From positions 1 to 17,933 of the forward strand of contig CAZQBY010000004.1 of assembly GCA_964592405.1 (NCBI GenBank): a stretch of 17,933 bases of DNA, in the 5' to 3' direction. Each line of letters begins with the position of its first letter. Position 1 is the first letter of the stretch. The stretch comes from an uncultured archaeon (GTDB taxonomy: Archaea; Altiarchaeota; Altiarchaeia; JAFGQM01). The notes under the pieces are model-generated. The model had not been told where the DNA came from and did not search any database. It saw only the letters and a program-made list of their open reading frames with translations. The position numbers and the translations under genes are program-made. Below, piece by piece: positions 15,714 to 17,933 of the stretch.

Positions 15714-16646
15714 TCAGTGCAGCTCTTTCCCAATTCCCGCCTTCTTGGCCTTCTCATACACCAGGCTGGCTATTGCCACATCCTGGAGCGCTGTTCCAAC
15801 CGACTTGAAGAAAGTCACATCCTCCGGACTTGTCCGGATATTCTTGCCGGCTATAACATCCTTTATTTCAGTTATCTCACCTTCATAACCTTCCAGATCT
15901 CCGGAGCTCTTTGCATCTGGCGAGTCTATAACGATTTTGGCCTTATATATGAGGGCGTTATCCACCTCCCGCGCGTCTGGTGTGTGGGCACCTATGGATG
16001 TCACATGCGTTCCCGGCTTCACATCTTTTCCAAAAATTACCGGCTTCTTTGAGACAGTTGCGGCAACTATTATATCGCTTTCCATAACCTTCTTGACATC
16101 CACCGACTTTATCGGCAGTCCCAAACCCCTCATATCGAGGATGAACCGGTTTGCAGCCTCCCCATTCACATCATAAACCCTGACCTCCTCTATCTCACGT
16201 ACCTTGGTCAGTCCCTGCAACTGTGTCCTAGCCTGTACGCCACAACCGATTATACCAACAGTCTTTGCGTCTTCACGTGAAAGATATCTGGCGCCTATTG
16301 CGCCAAGCGCTCCGGTCCTGAGGGCGGTAAGATATGTGCCATCCATGATTGCCTTAACCTCTCCGGTTTCGCTGTCACACAGGACTATGGTGGCTATTAT
16401 TGTTGGCCTCCCCTGCTTTCGGTTCTCTGGATAGTCACAAACTATCTTGCAGGCGATACCCATGCCCTCTACATAAACGGGCATAAAACCCCACCAGCGC
16501 CATCCCTCTGTTGGTAGGGTGAACTGGGTCTTTGGTGGATACCGGGTTTTACCACTAGCATGCTTGAGAAAGGCTTCTTCTACAGCCTCTATGGTCTCTT
16601 CCATGGAGACCAAGAATGCCACATCCTCCCTGCTCAAAAAAAGCAT
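15714..16646 (-). CDS. Ornithine cyclodeaminase/mu-crystallin family protein (archaeal alanine dehydrogenase-like)
   Basis: PPK, MPVY, CKIV, DGTYLTALRTGA, Rossmann GIIGCGVQA, GTHVTSIGA, FFKSVGTALQDVA. Confidence 0.92.
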   Translation of the reverse strand: MLFLSREDVAFLVSMEETIEAVEEAFLKHASGKTRYPPKTQFTLPTEGWRWWGFMPVYVEGMGIACKIVCDYPENRKQGRPTIIATIVLCDSETGEVKAIMDGTYLTALRTGALGAIGARYLSREDAKTVGIIGCGVQARTQLQGLTKVREIEEVRVYDVNGEAANRFILDMRGLGLPIKSVDVKKVMESDIIVAATVSKKPVIFGKDVKPGTHVTSIGAHTPDAREVDNALIYKAKIVIDSPDAKSSGDLEGYEGEITEIKDVIAGKNIRTSPEDVTFFKSVGTALQDVAIASLVYEKAKKAGIGKELH

Positions 16647-16707
16647 TTTATATTATTTTATATCCCTTATTTTTATGCCCAAGTCCTAAAAACTTGGTCC
16701 GCTAAAC

Positions 16708-17805
16708 CTACTCTCCAGCCAGCCTCCTGAAGCCCTCTATCAACAGGTCATTTATTTCCCGTTTGCCTGTCGCAAAGCTAACATACCTCTTGTCAAGTTC
16801 TGGAAAAGTGGCATTGACATCTCTTATCAGTATTCCATATTCCTGCAAAAAGAAATCCCTTGCCTCTGTTGAAGTCCGGCCGGTTACTGATACGTCCATG
16901 AACAAAAATGAGGTTGCGGAATCCCAGACCTTAAGCCCCAAGCTCGTGAACTCCCTTGTCATCCTAGTCTTCTCGCTGTTAATAATCTTCCAGACCCTCC
17001 TGTAGTAGGCTAGGTCATCCAGCGAGGCCATAGCCCCGAAGACGCCAAAGCGGTTGGTTTCAAAGCCGTTGAGAATCTTGTTAAAGATCCTGCAGTTCTC
17101 CTTGCAGGCTATTAGATATGCCATCCTCCCGCCAGCCAGCCCAAAGCCCTTTGAGAAGCTGCGCGCAATATATAGATTCTCATACTCGTTGATGACATCT
17201 GCCACAGTTTCTCCACAATATTCATAATAACACTCATCCACGACGACTATACTACTGTGGGCATTCTCCACGATTTTGAGGACATCATCCCGCTCCATTT
17301 TGGCAGAAGTCGGGTTGTTTGGATTGCAGACGAATATCATTTTAGTCCTTTTATCCACAGCCTTCAGTATTCTGTCGGCATCCATCATTAGATCGGGTTG
17401 TGCCGGCACAATCTTCCTTTTACCACCATATCTCTCAACCCCAAGTATAAGCTCCGGATAGGTTGGAGCCATTGATACGATGTTATCACCCGGTCTTATG
17501 AATAGTTTTGGCAGGCGGTTAAAGGCCTGATCCAGGGCTTCATCCAGGACTATCTCCTCACGCTCGACACCTGCATAATCTGCTATCTTCTGCTGTAGCA
17601 TGATTGTTGGTATATCCCCCATATAAACATACTGCATAGCTAGCGGAGCCTGCTCCCTTAAGGTCTCAATGACCTTAGGCGAGAGGTCATACTGGAACTC
17701 ATTGAGATTCAGCCTGACCCGTGGCTCTGTGGCCATCCCCACCCCATAAGCTGCAGCTTCACAGCCTTCCAGATATGACAGCATCAGATCTTTTGCGGAT
17801 ACCAT
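16708..17805 (-). CDS. Class I/II PLP-dependent enzyme, HisC/CobD-like
   Basis: RLNLNE, CNPNNPT, VVVDECYYEY and the PLP-lysine motif RSFSKGFGLAGGRMAY. Confidence 0.88.
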   Translation of the reverse strand: MVSAKDLMLSYLEGCEAAAYGVGMATEPRVRLNLNEFQYDLSPKVIETLREQAPLAMQYVYMGDIPTIMLQQKIADYAGVEREEIVLDEALDQAFNRLPKLFIRPGDNIVSMAPTYPELILGVERYGGKRKIVPAQPDLMMDADRILKAVDKRTKMIFVCNPNNPTSAKMERDDVLKIVENAHSSIVVVDECYYEYCGETVADVINEYENLYIARSFSKGFGLAGGRMAYLIACKENCRIFNKILNGFETNRFGVFGAMASLDDLAYYRRVWKIINSEKTRMTREFTSLGLKVWDSATSFLFMDVSVTGRTSTEARDFFLQEYGILIRDVNATFPELDKRYVSFATGKREINDLLIEGFRRLAGE

Positions 17806-17832
17806 CTTAGAAGTCGCATATTTTGAAGATGA

Positions 17833-17843
17833 TTATAAATAAA
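17833..17843 (-). promoter_or_regulatory. TATA box for the HisC-like gene
   Basis: Minus strand TTTATTTATAA about 28 bp upstream of ATG 17805. Confidence 0.55.
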
Positions 17844-17933
17844 TGAGGATATTCCTATCCACCATTTTCCCACCCGTCCAGCGCCGATGTAGTGTTATCC
17901 CATTATCCGACCTGCATTGATACAGAGATCATT

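Noticed and set aside
17853-17933. Possible gene fragment at the right edge
   Set aside because: The frames I translated are short or hit stops and show no recognisable motif; it cannot be called without flanking sequence.

Overview
Archaeal genomic window. Evidence for this is a group II chaperonin, Sec61beta, archaeal-type PheT, a COG1395-like regulator and BRE/TATA promoters; the lineage cannot be fixed from sequence alone. The window opens with an unannotated, structurally atypical RNase P RNA (about 14-297). It then carries an HTH regulator, a flavin reductase-like protein, a thermosome subunit, a small Sec61beta gene missing from the ORF track, a stand-alone trpE/trpG pair divergent from an Lrp/AsnC regulator, a CitG-like protein, an HhH-GPD glycosylase and pheT. 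After these come two paralogous small membrane proteins, two Zn-finger microproteins and a DUF763 protein. The main accessory feature is a two-gene module: a membrane-anchored protein coupled to a 965-aa secreted clan CD (caspase/legumain-like) protease with GEVED-like, Cys-rich repeat and CARDB-like domains. The window ends with an ornithine cyclodeaminase/mu-crystallin enzyme and a HisC-like PLP enzyme. No CRISPR array, tRNA, rRNA or mobile element was seen. All family calls are from motif recognition, not database searches.
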